Source: Felis catus (lineage: Eukaryota). From it: a stretch of 64,000 bases of DNA. The notes under the pieces are model-generated. The model worked only from the letters and a program-made list of their open reading frames with translations, had not been told where the DNA came from and ran no database searches. The stretch is from assembly GCF_018350175.1 (NCBI RefSeq), contig NC_058368.1:1364001-1428000 (forward strand). The letters run 5' to 3'. Of the stretch, positions 1-12,672 are shown piece after piece (position 1 is the stretch's first letter; every line of letters begins with the position of its first letter). The translations under genes were made by a program, and so were the position numbers.

Positions 1-215
1 AAAATGAAATAAAATAAAATAGATAGTTGTAGAAAACTGGTGGTTGCCAGAGGGGAGGTGGGTAGGGGGATGGGTAACATAGGTGAAGGAGATTAAGAAT
101 ACACATATCATGAGGAGCACTGAGTAATATGTAGAATTGAATCGTTATGCTATACACCTGAAACTGATATAACATTGTATGTTAGTTATACTTGAGAAAA
201 AAAGAAAGGAGATTA
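1..215 (+). mobile_element. L1 3'UTR end (carnivore-type)
   Basis: gtggttgccagagggg...tatacacctgaaactgatataac plus A tail; similar to 20250-20430. Confidence 0.85.
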
Positions 216-266
216 AAAAAAGAATTGTTAGCTGTATTGAAGAGTATTGATCCCAACTCCTTGTAG

Positions 267-533
267 GGTGTACTTCATGTTGGTTGGTTGTTTTTGGTAC
301 TGGTCTCCGTTTGGGACATCTTGCCAGGGTCCACCCTGTAATGTGACCTCTGACATTAGGTGTTTTTCTAGCCTCACTGATGGCCTTTAAAAGGACAGAG
401 AACATCCTTGAACAAGTTTAAGAATGAGCGGCTGACTATTATTAGGCTTCAAAATATGTTAGCACTCTTGTAATAATTCTCAGGAACAATTTGGTACATA
501 GAGAATGGAATGTACACAAGCGAACTTCCTTTA
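267..533 (+). pseudogene. Candidate decayed exon(s) of the RGSL1-like gene
   Basis: Acceptor ctccttgtag at 266. Frameshifted reading VYFMLVG../LRLGHL../KNERLTIIRLQNMLALL**FSGTIW resembles recalled RGSL1 YYLSLLLMLRATHL..RREILSHMQKVALFKLQSYW. Confidence 0.35.
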
Positions 534-1278
534 GGCATGTTACCTGTGCTTTTTAAAAAATTCTTTTTTAACCGATCTCTTGGTGAATAGCAGCTACATA
601 GACAACTGCTTGTTTTAAATGACACTCATCCAAAGTTTTAGAGCTGGTGTCATTCATTCACTCGTTTAGTAGCTGTTCTTTATTTACGTATGCCAGATAC
701 TGCACTAGGCACTAAGTATAAGTGGAGAACATGATAGATGTGTCCCTCACTTCCTGACAGGGGTAAGATGGATTTCATGAAAGTAATCATTTAACTACAG
801 TTATGAAAGATTGCCTGAAAGAAAGGCACAGGGTACCATGGAGTGTGTGACGGGGAGGGACTTTAGCTAGACCAGGAGATCATCTGTCTACTTTCCTTCC
901 TTTACAGATCAGGAAACTGAGGCATACTACAGTTAAGCAACTTTATATACCAGATAGTTCCATCTTGTCTCAAAATCTTAATTATTAAATGAAGTATCAT
1001 ATTCAGCTAAATTTCACAAATTTTTAATGGCCTAGAAGCTAAGGAATTTATTAATTTCTTCCATTGGTAAATAATAGTAGAATTTGGAAATAATGCTTAG
1101 GAAGTACCCCCAACCAAGATCCAGGTATTTCTGTTACGTTCTTTAGAAGAAGAAGAAGGAAAAAGAAAAACAATATATGTATACATATGAATATATTTCA
1201 TATATATTTACATATTCATATATATTATGTACTTCTATGTCTCTAAGATATATTGTTATGTAAAAAGAGAAAAGTGGA

Positions 1279-1510
1279 GGGGCGCCTGGGTGGCTCAGTC
1301 GGTTAAGTGTCTGTCTTTGGCTCAGGTCATGATCTTGTGGTTCACGAGTTCGAGCCCCGCGTCGGGCTCTGTGCTGACAGCTCGGAGCCTGGAGCCTGCT
1401 TCCGATTCTGTGTCTCCCTCCGATTCAGGGTCTCTCTGACCCTCCCCCCATTCATGCTCTGTCTTTCTCTGTCTCAAAAATAAATAAATGTTAAAAAAAA
1501 ATTAAAAAAA
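1279..1510 (+). mobile_element. CanSINE (felid type)
   Basis: ggggcgcctgggtggctcag head, CT tract, A tail, TSD aaaagagaaaagtgga. Confidence 0.97.
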
Positions 1511-1524
1511 AAAGAGAAAAGTGG

Positions 1525-3425
1525 AGGAAAGTATATATGGAATGCTATCATTATCTAAGAAAGGAGGAGGTATGTCATTATATATTATGTATATAACATA
1601 TATATATAATACATATACTTATATTAAAGTATATAAAGTATATTTTATGCAAATTATATATAAAGTATATAGGAAAATATATTATAGAATGTCTATAATA
1701 CATATTTAGTATATATAAACTATATATATATTTAAAGAAAACAATGAAGGATAAACCATAAAAATTTAAAAATTATTAGCTATGTTGGGATGGAGGGTAT
1801 AGGCTGGAAAAGACTGAGCTAGAATGTATATTTCTTTGAATATGCCTTCTTTTGTAGATTGGACTATGGAACCTTATAAATATTTTACTTAATTATAGAA
1901 AAATTGTAATGTTAAAAAGAAATCTATAAAAATGGAAAATAAAAAGAAACAAATGAACCTAACAGAGTATTCAGTGGTGGGATAACCACACAGAGAAGAA
2001 TCATTCCAAGCAACATTAAGCCACAGGAATTTGACCCTGGAGTTTACTCCAAGGGTAATAACTTCAAAATCAAACAAAACAAAGAAAACTCACATTGTCA
2101 ATAATCATATTGTTTAGTTAATGAGGGCATTGTTATTTTGAGACCGTTGTATGTGTAATGTGAGATAAAACAAAAAGTAACTATATTTGACATTGAGAAA
2201 CAGAATATTTTATGGGAGAGATATGGATGTAAGATCGATGAGGTTAAGTAAGAACTCCATTGTCCTGATGTGACTTAGAACCTCTAGTATGAATTCATGA
2301 TGTATTTTTTCTAAAACAAAAACGAAAACTTAGGTCTTTCCATTAATAAGCACTAAAAATGATAATCAATACCATAAAAATAACTTGTTGTAGTGCTTGG
2401 ATAGTGGCCTGTAAACATCATTTCCAAAGAAAACTAAACAGGACTTCCTTGAGAAATGGGTGAATCGAGGTTTGGGGCAAGATATGTAGAAGAGGGGCCT
2501 TCAGTATCTTGCCCTAGAGGAAGCAAAGAAGCCATCAAGGACAACTAGGGCTGTGTCAGAAGGATTCTGGAAACAACTTGTGAGACCCTCATTAGTCCAT
2601 GATGGGACAAAATTAGCATCAATAAGGATACGAATTGTAAATACTGAAATATACCAAACGGGTCTAAATCCATGAATTCATAGTAATACTTAAAAAATTC
2701 TTGATTACCTTTAGAGAAGACTAAAGAACCAATTCATTATTATGAAAACTGATGAGTGAAGCGAAAGAGTCAAGCATGTATCCTACCTTTTTTATATGAG
2801 GAGAGAAACCAGACATCATGTACCCAATACCTATGAAATAACCTTGTCAAAAGTTGGAGCCTGAATTTAATTAAGCTTGTAGGCCTACTACTAGCTTGTA
2901 GGAAATACAGATAGAGGAACATGCTAAATAAATGACACCACAGGTATACAACTGGGGATGTAATCACCAGAATACAAATTTTGTGAAACTCTGAAAGTTA
3001 AAGGAAAGGACCAAGTAAAAATGTTGGAACAAATCTGTAAATTAAAAGAGACTTAAAAGACATATTAGTAAATCACTGTACATGGGCTTTATTTGTTCCT
3101 TATTCAAATAAATAAAATGTTGCAATGTCATATTATAATCAGGGAAACATTCACTGGGTATTTCAAAATGTTGAGGAAATATTAAAGTGAGATGATACTG
3201 TATTTTAATGTAAAAAGGGGAATCCATGTCTTTAGAAATATGTACAGATAAAAAAACATCATGTTTGGGATCTGCTTCAAAATAATCTAGGGGGAAGTGG
3301 TGAAGGTACAGAGCATATGACTGTTCAAAGTTGATAGTTGTTAAAGCAATTGATGAGAACATATTCATTATACTTTCACTCTACTTTTGTATATATGTAT
3401 TTGAAATTTTCCATAATAAAAAAGT
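1525..3425 (+). mobile_element. Old L1 (L1MC-like) 3' region
   Basis: L1MC-like 3'UTR ending ttccataataaaaaag; homologous to 31340-32670. Confidence 0.7.
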
Positions 3426-3721
3426 TTGTGCAATTTCAAGAATGTGCTACAAAGGATAATGAAGCAGTATAATTATGCTTGAAGGGCAACCATTGCGATA
3501 ACTCGATTGATAGAGATGAGAAGCCGGAAAAATTTGAGATTTATATTACAAAACAGCTAATCTCTTCTTATACTACAAAGCTTTGCATTGGTCTCAGAAG
3601 GATTTTTTCCCCAATAAAGTATTTTAAAGATGGGGAGTTTTACTTGCATTTCTGGCACGGCAAAGTAACTGGTACAGGACAAGCCATCTTGGACAAAAGC
3701 AACTATGAACTGGACAAAGTA

Positions 3722-3915
3722 AGGGCTCCTGGGTGGCTCAGTCAGTTAAGCATAGACTTCAGCTCAGGCCATGATCTCACAGCTTGTCAGTTCGAGCCCC
3801 CCATGTCGGGCTCTGTGCTGACAGAACCTGGAGCCTGCTTCAGATTCTGTGTCTCCTTCTCTCTGCCCCTCCCCCGCTCACATTCTGTCTCAAAAAGAAA
3901 TAAACATTAAAAAAA
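3722..3915 (+). mobile_element. CanSINE
   Basis: TSD aactggacaaagta. Confidence 0.95.
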
Positions 3916-4604
3916 TGACAAAATAAACTGGACAAAGTATATGAAGTAACAGTCAGCAGTGCATCGCTATGAGCCTTGAGAAAAGAGAAATACAGGAAAT
4001 GGGTCCCACCAAAGCAATGGTGTAGTCTCAGTTGATCAGTCAGAAACTGGATTTTGGCATGGATAAAGCAACTGGAAGATGTGGGCAGGGTACTGGAGGA
4101 GAAGAAGGTACAATGGTGGGAATATCCCAGACATCCAGGAGTCTGTGTGGAAATTCACGTTTCTTGGCTGGTCTTGAAGGCTGGTCTTCAACCTTGGTTA
4201 GAGTTCTGGCCCACCTGAATGGATTTGGCTCACTGAGGACCTGTGCTTTCAGCTGAGACCCAGAAAGATCATGCCTCAAGAGAGACTACAACCTGGAGTG
4301 AAGGAAACACATAAGTTCTAAACCACAATAGAACCACACTGACTAAGAATAAAGTCTTGACTAGACCAAAAAATCTGCCAGCAATTTAACCTCCTGCCAG
4401 AATAATCCTCAACATGCTTTAGTGGAGGATGACTGAATCCATATTCCCTAAACACTATCATCTAAAATGTTGAAATGTGATAAAAAACTACTAGACTTGT
4501 GGGAAAAGTAGGAAATTGTGACCCATAGTCAAGAAAAATAGCAGTCAATAGAAATAGATCTCACGATGGTCTAGAGGTTGGAGTAAATAGACAAAAATTT
4601 AAAG

Positions 4605-4987
4605 TATATATAATATATATATAATATATATATTATATATACACTTTATATAAGTAATATATACTTTATTATATATTTATATTATATATTATATATATTT
4701 ATATGTTAAATTTAATATAAATTATGCTTAAAGGGCAACCATTGTGGTAACTCGATTGATAGAGATGAGAAGCCAGAAAAATTTGAGATTTATATTACAA
4801 AACAGCTAATCTCTTATATATATATTATATATAAATATATTACATATATTTAATATATTAAAAATTAAATGTAATATAAATTATATATTTATGTATATTA
4901 AATATATAAATATATTGACTTATATATTATATAAAAATAAATATATATATTTTATGCTTATATAAGTATATATATACTTTATATATA

Positions 4988-5040
<53 letters not shown>
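4605..5040. repeat. TA-rich low-complexity tract ending in pure (TA)n
   Basis: Direct observation. Confidence 0.95.
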
Positions 5041-5041
<1 letters not shown>

Positions 5042-7379
5042 AATGGTACAAATGAGCTAATAGATATGCAACCTTGCCAGACAACTGGGAACTACAAGTG
5101 CACACATATACACAGAAAAATATAGAGCTGAGAAAGGAATAAAAATAAAAATCCACTGAATGGACATGGTGTCCATGAGAAGACATCTTACATGTCTCCT
5201 TCTCCAGGTGGTATAACTGACTGTTGGCCTCAGCTGCTGCGCTTTGTAATCTATACCTGTATTTGCACAGATGCCAGGCCTTTCCTGGCATGCTTCCCAT
5301 AAACAAAATGGCATTTTAAAAATACTGACGGGGAAAAACTTTTGCCAATCTAGACTTCCAAATTCAAAACTGGTAAAATATAGATTTTTTTAAAGTTGGT
5401 AGGATTAATTGCAAGCAGACCTATACTATAAGAAATGCTAAATAAAATTCTTCAGACTAAAGGGAAATAACACCAGATGGAAATTTGGACTCTCAGAAAG
5501 GAATAAAGAATAGTAAAAAGGTTAAATACATGTGCAAAGATAAGAGAATCCCTGTTTTTTTCTTCTCCTGATTTATTTGAAAAACAACTGTTTATGGCTA
5601 AATAACCTCACATTTTAGAGTTTTTACCTTGTGTAAATGTAAAATATGGGATAAGATTAGCACAAGAATGGGGTAAATTCAATTGTACTGTTGTAAGACT
5701 TTTGTTTAATGTGAAATGATACAATATTAACTCTAAATAGATGCATAATCTCTATAATAACCACTGAACAAATACAATCAAGGAATTAAAGTAAAATATT
5801 AAAAAGTATATTATTAGCCCAAAAGAAAGCAAGAAAGGAAGAACTGAGGAACAAAATCAGATGATAACTAGAAAACACATAACAAAATGGTAGACTTACA
5901 CTCAACCATGTAAAAAATTACATTAATGTTGATGGGTTAACCATTCTAATTATAAGGCAGAGATTGTCAAGCTGTTAAAAGGAATATCCGAGTATATGCT
6001 GTCTAGAAAATACGCACTTTAAGTACAAAGACTGCACCAGGTTGACAGTAAAGGAAGAAAGACATATCATAAAAAGAGGAAGCACAGAGTACTTGTGGCT
6101 ATTTTAATATAAGACAAAGTAGACTTCAAGAAATTGAATGTTAGAGATAAAGAGTGGCATTTCATTGGGAAGATATAAGAATCCTAATTATATACATGCC
6201 TCAAAACAGAGCTTCAAAAAAACATGAAACAAAACCTGACAGAGTTAAAGAGGAACATAGATAAATCCATAATCATGGTTGGAGATTTTAAATGTCTCTC
6301 AGTAAAAATAATAGAGCAGCTAGGCAAAAAAAAATCTTTAAGGATGTGGAGGATATCAAGCACATGCCTTAAACCTCTTGAACTAACTGAAATTTATAAA
6401 GAACACTACTACCAAAGGAAGAATACATTCACTGCCTTTTCAAGTGTGCATGAAACATTCATCAGGATAGACTACATGTTTTGCAGTAAAGTAAGTCTCT
6501 ATACATTTCAGAATATTGAAATCTTACAGAATATGTTTTCTGACCATAATGGAATTAAATTAGAAATCAATAACAATAAGATATCTAGAAAAATTCCCAA
6601 ATATTTGGAAATTAATATAACATGAAAATTTATAAGATACAGCTAAAGCAATGCTTATAAAGGAATTATTTAAATAATCTAAGTTTCAATGCTAAGAAGT
6701 TAGAAAAAGAGCAGCAAATTAAATCCAAAGTATGTAAAAGGGAGTAAGTGGTAAAGATAGGAGAATAAACTATAAAACAACAAACTATATACAATTTATA
6801 AACTATAGGCAAGACTGATCAAAATAAAAAGAGAGAAAACACAAGCTACCAATAACAGGAGTGAAAGATATCATTACAGATCCCACAGACATCTAAATAA
6901 TAAGGCAATATTACAAACACCTTTATGCCAATATAGTTAACAATTTACATAAAATACATAAAGAACTTTAAAAACAACTTTCAAAAACTGTAACAAAAAG
7001 AAATAGAATATCTGAATGACTGTACCTATCAAAGAAATTGAATTTGCAAAGATGAATCGTATCATACATTTAAGGAAGAAATATTACCAATCTTACCCAC
7101 TTGAAGAAAATAAAAGATGAGGAAATATTCTCCAAATTGTTTACAAGGTCAGCATTATCCTCATACCCAAAACAGCTAAAAAATTACAAGGGAAGAAAAT
7201 TGTAGACTTACATTCTTCATGAACATGGTTGCAAAATCCTTAACTAATAATGACTAATTGAACTCATCAAGATATAAAATTCAATCTTGACCAAAGAACT
7301 TGACCGAAGCATGGAGGCTGGTTATGAGCACAAGGACAGAGAATAGACAAATTGAAGGGTCAGAGAATACCTGTTGGGG

Positions 7380-8020
7380 CACTCTGGGAAATAAGAATGT
7401 GAGCCAGACTGAGAAGACAAGATTGGACTTGTAGCAAGTGGTATGAAACCACTGGGGGTTCTTGGACAAGGAAAAAGTTCTAGAAAAGTAGTACTTCAGG
7501 AAGGATGGCTGTAAAGTAAGATATAGGATGGAATAAAGCAGAGAGAGATGGGAATCGGGGAAGTTAGCTAAAAGGCTGAGGGATGTGGGTCTTAGGGAAT
7601 AGAAGATGTTTAGTTAAGTTTGATGGAATGAAGAGAAGGGGGGGGGGTTAGAGGAAGAAACGAGAGGATTTAGCGCCTGGGTGGGATGAAGGAAACGGGA
7701 TTCTAGATACAGGATGAAGATGAGACATGAGTTTCAACTGTTTCCAAGGGTTCTGCCCTGAAAGAAGGGAGGAATCACAGTTCTGTTGGCTGAGAATAGG
7801 AAAGTGGAATGTAAGAAGGAACTATCTTTGTGGGGAAAAAGAATGAGGAGTTCTGTTACGTATATTTACTACTTGATATAACAGCAATATGTATAAGCAG
7901 AAATGTCTCGTAGACATTAGGAAATCCAGGATGAGAGCTAGGCTGGAAATAGCAGTAGAATTAAGATGAAACTATAAGGATAGAGCATAAATGGAAAAGA
8001 GTAGCAATTCAAGGGACCAA
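7380..8020 (-). mobile_element. Probable L2 fragment
   Basis: Purine-rich sequence typical of antisense L2; a similar tract lies at about 10700-11160. Confidence 0.45.
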
Positions 8021-8125
8021 ATAAAAAGAGTTGGGGAAAAAATGTGAAACTTCCTGCTTCTTGGTAATAGCCACCTTGAAGCCTTGCCTCTCCTGTCTCC
8101 CCACACTTGTCTGCTTTTAATGCAG

Positions 8126-8602
8126 CTGAATCCAGAAGACCTGAGTAGAGAGGATGATGTCCCCTTCCTTGAGTCAGTGGCTGGCCATAGTCACATTTGC
8201 CACTGACATGGACCGCGTGACCAGGGAGGAACCCTGGCTTCCTTGTTCTTCATGTCTCCTTGGATTTGCTGAGTCACCACTCACTGACCCTCTTTGCATA
8301 CATGAAGTTCTCTCCCTGCCTGGTCCCTTGAATAGCCTTGGAGCTCTCAGGTTCTGAAGGACTCCTCCCTATAGAATGAATGCTAACCTTCTACATCAAC
8401 CACTATCTCCTCCCTCATCACCAGTTCTGGCCTCATCTATGTTCCAGTCTTCTGCTATCAGGGCTAGTATCAGGGCTCTAGCCCTCTGGTGCCTCGTTTA
8501 GAAAGTTTCTTCACTACTGGTTATAAATGCTTGTAGGAGGATCTGGTTTGGGAAGACTACAATTGGGAAAACACAGCTATTGCAAGAAGTGTGTGTGACT
8601 CA
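8126..8602 (+). pseudogene. Candidate large decayed exon
   Basis: Acceptor ctgcttttaatgcag, donor TCA|gtaagt, 477 nt. Starts LNPEDLSREDD and ends EDLVWEDYNWENTAIARSVCDS in the same frame, with many internal stops. Confidence 0.4.
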
Positions 8603-8901
8603 GTAAGTGAGGCGGATGCCTTTTGAGTCAATTCTGAACCCAGAATTTATGTGACATGGAAAACTGCATGGCTTGCTGAAGGAGTTCAGCCTTTTCTAGG
8701 AACCCTGATATATACTTTCTTTCCTGGACGAATATCATGTGCTTCTAACTATCATACATAACACCATTTCCAATCAAATAGTTCATTTTACCAGCTATAA
8801 TTTAAATCACTTGGAATTTTGGGAAATGGTTAATAAAAATTAATGAGTTAATGTCATATTCAAAACGTGTTAAGAGCTATAAGATATTAAAAACCTTTTT
8901 T

Positions 8902-9121
8902 GGGGCGCCTGGGTGGCTCGGTCGGTTGAGTGTCCGACTTCGGCTTAGGTCACAATCTCGCAGTCCGTGAGTTCAAGCCCCGCGTCGGGCTCTGGGCTGA
9001 TGGCTCAGAGCCTGGAGCCTGCTTCCGATTCTGTGTCTCCCTCTCTCTCTGCCCCTCCCCCGTTCATGCTCTGTCTCTCTCTGTCTCAAAAATAAATAAA
9101 CGTTAAAAATAAGAAAAAAAA
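8902..9121 (+). mobile_element. CanSINE
   Basis: Full-length young copy. Confidence 0.97.
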
Positions 9122-9129
9122 CCCCTTTT

Positions 9130-9327
9130 TTAAAAAAAGTTTATTTATTTATTTTGAGAGAGAAAGAGAACATGAGTGAAGAGGGGAAGAGAGAGAAGGA
9201 GAGAGAGAATCCCAAGCAAGCTCTTCACTGTCTGTGCACAGTCCCACTTGGGGTTCAAACTCACAAACCATGAGATCATGGTCTGAGATGAAATCAAGAG
9301 TCAGACGCTTAACCAACCGCACCCAAG
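9130..9327 (-). mobile_element. CanSINE (older subfamily)
   Basis: Antisense copy, tail-to-tail with the previous SINE. Confidence 0.93.
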
Positions 9328-9450
9328 ATAAGAAAACCTTTAAAGGATTTAGCTTAGGAAGTGGAAGATACACACACACACACACACATCAGACCAGATG
9401 GGCTATGTGACAAAATGCTCTCAAAGTAGTTCTGTGGCTTCTTCCTACAG

Positions 9451-9524
9451 TTACAACTCTGTCAAGAAGATCCTCCTTATTCATTCTCCTTAGGAAAAAA
9501 ATCAGTGTATCAATGTCCATGGTG
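9451..9524 (+). pseudogene. Candidate exon (LQLCQEDPPYSFSLGKKSVYQCPW)
   Basis: Strong acceptor cttcttcctacag and donor GTG|gtaagc; open in this frame. Confidence 0.55.
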
Positions 9525-10169
9525 GTAAGCCCAGTGAACCAAGTGCTGGATATTATGCCCTCAGGTATTTCTGCCAACAATGAGCTAGTTTTCTCTACAC
9601 TTGCCTAGGCTTTTTTGTGAGATTTTTTTTCTTTGCATTTACCCTAACATTGGACCCATTCTGTATCCTTTGGGATCAGGGACAATCCCTCACACAGTTA
9701 GGACCAATGTAGCTTGTCCATATCAGTGCTGGCAGTCAAGCCGAGGTGATTACTGAGTACTTGGGCTGGGACCCCTTGGGTGCACAGGAAGGGATGGCTT
9801 TCAAGTTTGTTTGAGGAGAACTTCTTCAGAGTGAGTACAGGGTTAAGAAGGAAGCAACAGAACCATGGATTAGGGTTTCTGGGTTTATCCTTTGTCCTTT
9901 TATGAACACACAGATAAATTCTCAAGCCAGCTCAGTAAACCTCTAAATATAGTAAACCACCACCATCCAAGCTAATAAAGTCAAACTTCACCCCCCAAGA
10001 ACACATTCTATACACAGTAGTAAGTAAAAGAGTAAACATAGAGAAGCACGGCTGTTAGAAAGCTTGTGTATTTTAATGGAGAGGAAAAGTGCTCAGATTG
10101 GAGCCTGTGGATTTAGAATTCTATGTAAAAATGGAATTACTGATTTGACACAATTGCTTATATCTATAG

Positions 10170-10293
10170 AGTACAATAGTCAGAAGATTAGAAATGTAGG
10201 AAATGTTGGCAGATTTTGACAGCTCAGCTACGAAATCAGAGACAGCCAAAGCAACAGATTCGCCAACTATAATTCTGGGATTTGAGTGAAGAG
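10170..10293 (+). pseudogene. Candidate exon with RGS helix-3/4-like motif
   Basis: Acceptor tatatctatag, donor GAG|gtaaat. Reads VQ*SED*KCRKCWQILTAQLRNQRQPKQQIRQL*FWDLSEE (3 stops). Confidence 0.55.
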
Positions 10294-11294
10294 GTAAATA
10301 GCCTGGCATGACTTAGGAACCTCTGAGTACCTTACTCTATTACAATACATCCCAGGAACTGGAATCCATAACAGTGACCCTGTGCCAGCAGAGGTGAAAT
10401 TATGTCTAGAGCTATCTGTTTGAAAGGTATGTTTCATAGGATATATGTTACAAATAGTTTTTAACCATGTGAATGCAATTCTTATCATTGTACTTTGAGA
10501 CAAACCTGAACTTTCTTGAAACTTTGCTTAGGTGAAACAGTTTATTCTTTAATGAGGCCAGATATTGAGACAGAGCCATAGCATGAGAATAACGTATGAC
10601 ATGCTATGGAGGTTACGTTATCCTGTTATCAATGAGGAGTTGTTAAAGAATTCTAAGATGATCATATCTGTATTTTTGGGAAATGTCTGTGGAATAGTGC
10701 CCACATGGATGAAGGTAGGTGAGGCCTGGAGCTATGGAAACCAATTAGGAGGCTTTTGAAATATTCTAGGAGAGAGGATGAGCATTTGAGCCAGGGGAGT
10801 GGAGTGAGAATGTGGAGAAAGATGAATATGTGTTTGAGTGCTATTAGAACAAAACCTAGTGACTGATTAGATGTGGGATAATGGAAGTATGATTCAGATT
10901 ATCTTGGGCAAATGAGTGGATGGTGACACCTCAGATAAGGATGAGGAAGGGGGATGATGAGTTTGGTCTCGGCAGTACTGAGTTTGAGGTACTTAATATA
11001 TGTAGGAAATGGGTTTGGGAGGTTACAGTACATAGCTGATTGATGATTTCATGGATGTGGGTGAGAAGTTTCAAGGGTCAATATGCAAAACAAGGAAGGG
11101 CAGGAGAGCTGACAGAGAAGCGCGTAAGAAGGAAAGGGGGCAATTTTGTTAGAGGTCTGAAAGAGTACTTGCTCCACCGTCGGATCAGACACAAAAAATC
11201 CCTTTAGACCCAAGGTATTTGAAACAATGATTTCTCTTTCCCCTTAACTTAATCATCTTCCTTTTATAACTGTTAATTATCTTTACTTATGCTT

Positions 11295-11753
11295 TTTTAA
11301 AAATTATTTTAGAGACAGAGAGCAAGTGTGAGGAGGGGAGAAGGGCAGAGGGAGAGAGAGAGAGATGGAGACAGAGAGAGAGAGAATCTTAAGTAGGCTC
11401 CACATTCATTGTGGAACCTGACCTGGGTCCCGATTCCACAACCATGGGATTATGACCTGAGCTGAAATCAAGAGTTGGACACTCAGGGGCGCCTGGGTGG
11501 CGCAGTCGGTTAAGCGTCTGACTTCAGCCAGGTCACGATCTTGCGTTCCGGGAGTTCGAGCCCCGCGTCGGGCTCTGTGCTGATGGCTCAGAGCCTGGAG
11601 CCTACTTCCGATTCTGTGTCTCCCTCTCTCTCTGCCCCTCCCCCGTTCATGCTCTGTCTTTCTCTGTCCCAAAAATAAATAAACGTTGAAAAAAAAAATT
11701 AAAAAAAAAAAAAAAGAGTTGGACACTCAGTTGACTGGGCCACCCAGGAACCT
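11295..11753 (-). mobile_element. Older CanSINE hosting a nested SINE
   Basis: Antisense body split at 11485/11714. Confidence 0.92.
11486..11713 (+). mobile_element. Young CanSINE nested in an older SINE
   Basis: 16-bp TSD aagagttggacactca. Confidence 0.97.
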
Positions 11754-12053
11754 CTATACTTATGCTTTTTAAAGTTTTAAGTTATACCAATGCTTTTTGC
11801 AAACAGGTGAGATATAAATTATAAATTATAAGGGAAGTTAATAGTTTCTTGATTCTGATGGTTTTTAGGCCTTCATTCCTAAATAGGAAGGTGCTTATGT
11901 GGACTTCTGGTTAAACTGTTTTTTCATTTGTAATTGTTTAAATTCCCCTCCACTTAGCTTAGGCTATCAGACAAACATGACTTTTTAAAAAAACAAATGC
12001 AAAAATAAAATAAAATAAAAAGAAAGTGCAAGCAAAATACCTTTGTTTTCCAG

Positions 12054-12120
12054 ATCTTCCTATATTTCCATTCTGGAGCCTTTCAGTTCTAACAGGATTC
12101 AGTAAAACCTATAGAGAACT
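12054..12120 (+). pseudogene. Candidate exon
   Basis: Acceptor ctttgttttccag, donor ACT|gtatgt. Reads IFLYFHSGAFQF*QDSVKPIEN in the frame continuing from 10293. Confidence 0.5.
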
Positions 12121-12210
12121 GTATGTATTTTTCTTCCCAGTGTGTTTACTGTGTTCATGATGTCTGGCCAACAAAAATACTTGGATTTTCTCACTTTTCT
12201 TTATATGTAG

Positions 12211-12345
12211 TTTTGGATATGGCTGATACTTAGAATACTTAGATATTCTACTAATCTAAAGTCTCATCATTATATGCAAGTGTAATAATACTATTTCTTC
12301 TGGGGAGGAATTCAGTGCTCTAAGTCCACAATGGAATAGATCTTG
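12211..12345 (+). pseudogene. Candidate exon
   Basis: Long pyrimidine tract plus tag acceptor, donor TTG|gtaatt, 90-nt intron from the previous segment. All frames disrupted. Confidence 0.4.
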
Positions 12346-12618
12346 GTAATTACCTACTGAATGTTAAAATATCAAAGACATCAACACAGCTAAGTGTTAC
12401 GGGATGATCTGAATTCAGTCCTGTGGAAGATGCTGCAGTAACGTGAAGTTCCAATGTATTACGTTCCCTATGATGGTTAACATCAAGCAGTGCACCTGGT
12501 TGTGCACCTTGCTTGGAGGAAGCAATGGCCAGATGTGTAATTGTATGCTGTGGCCAGTGGTTTGACTGGATGATCAGGGACTTGGGAGAAACATGATTGG
12601 AAAATCGGTGTCAAAAAC

Positions 12619-12672
12619 GACTGTGTTCGCACTTTCCCCTGTTAAAACAAAACAAAAAAACGAAAACAAAAC
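12619..12672 (+). pseudogene. RNU1: 5'-truncated U1 snRNA retrocopy (last 23 nt) with A-rich tail
   Basis: gactgtgttcgcactttcccctg versus the U1 3' end GACTGCGTTCGCGCTTTCCCCTG: 21/23, both mismatches CpG transitions. Followed by an (A-rich)C tail; interrupts the ERV-L pol sequence. Confidence 0.8.

Larger units (their letters stand above)
3640..7280 (+). mobile_element. Old L1 5'UTR, ORF1 and ORF2 endonuclease, decayed
   Basis: ORF 6224-6625 (IIMVGDF.., RIDYM.., FSDHNGIKLEIN) is L1 endonuclease. Confidence 0.88.

Noticed and set aside
290..345. LRLGHLARVHP read as a UPF1/IGHMBP2 helicase motif or a cNMP-binding motif
   Set aside because: No other motifs of those families appear in order; the RGSL1-like reading explains more segments.
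9389..9580. Minus-strand ORF EIPEGIISS.. (and EIPDEFYKLL.. near 24660) as real exons
   Set aside because: They are antisense to plus-strand candidate exons (at 9451-9524 with stronger splice sites) and match no protein I recognise.
8537..10293. Alternative frame (FGKTTIGKT.., KIRNVGNVGRF) resembling a P-loop or ASH domain
   Set aside because: Equally stop-laden and not supported by downstream exons; kept only as a fallback if the RGS search fails.
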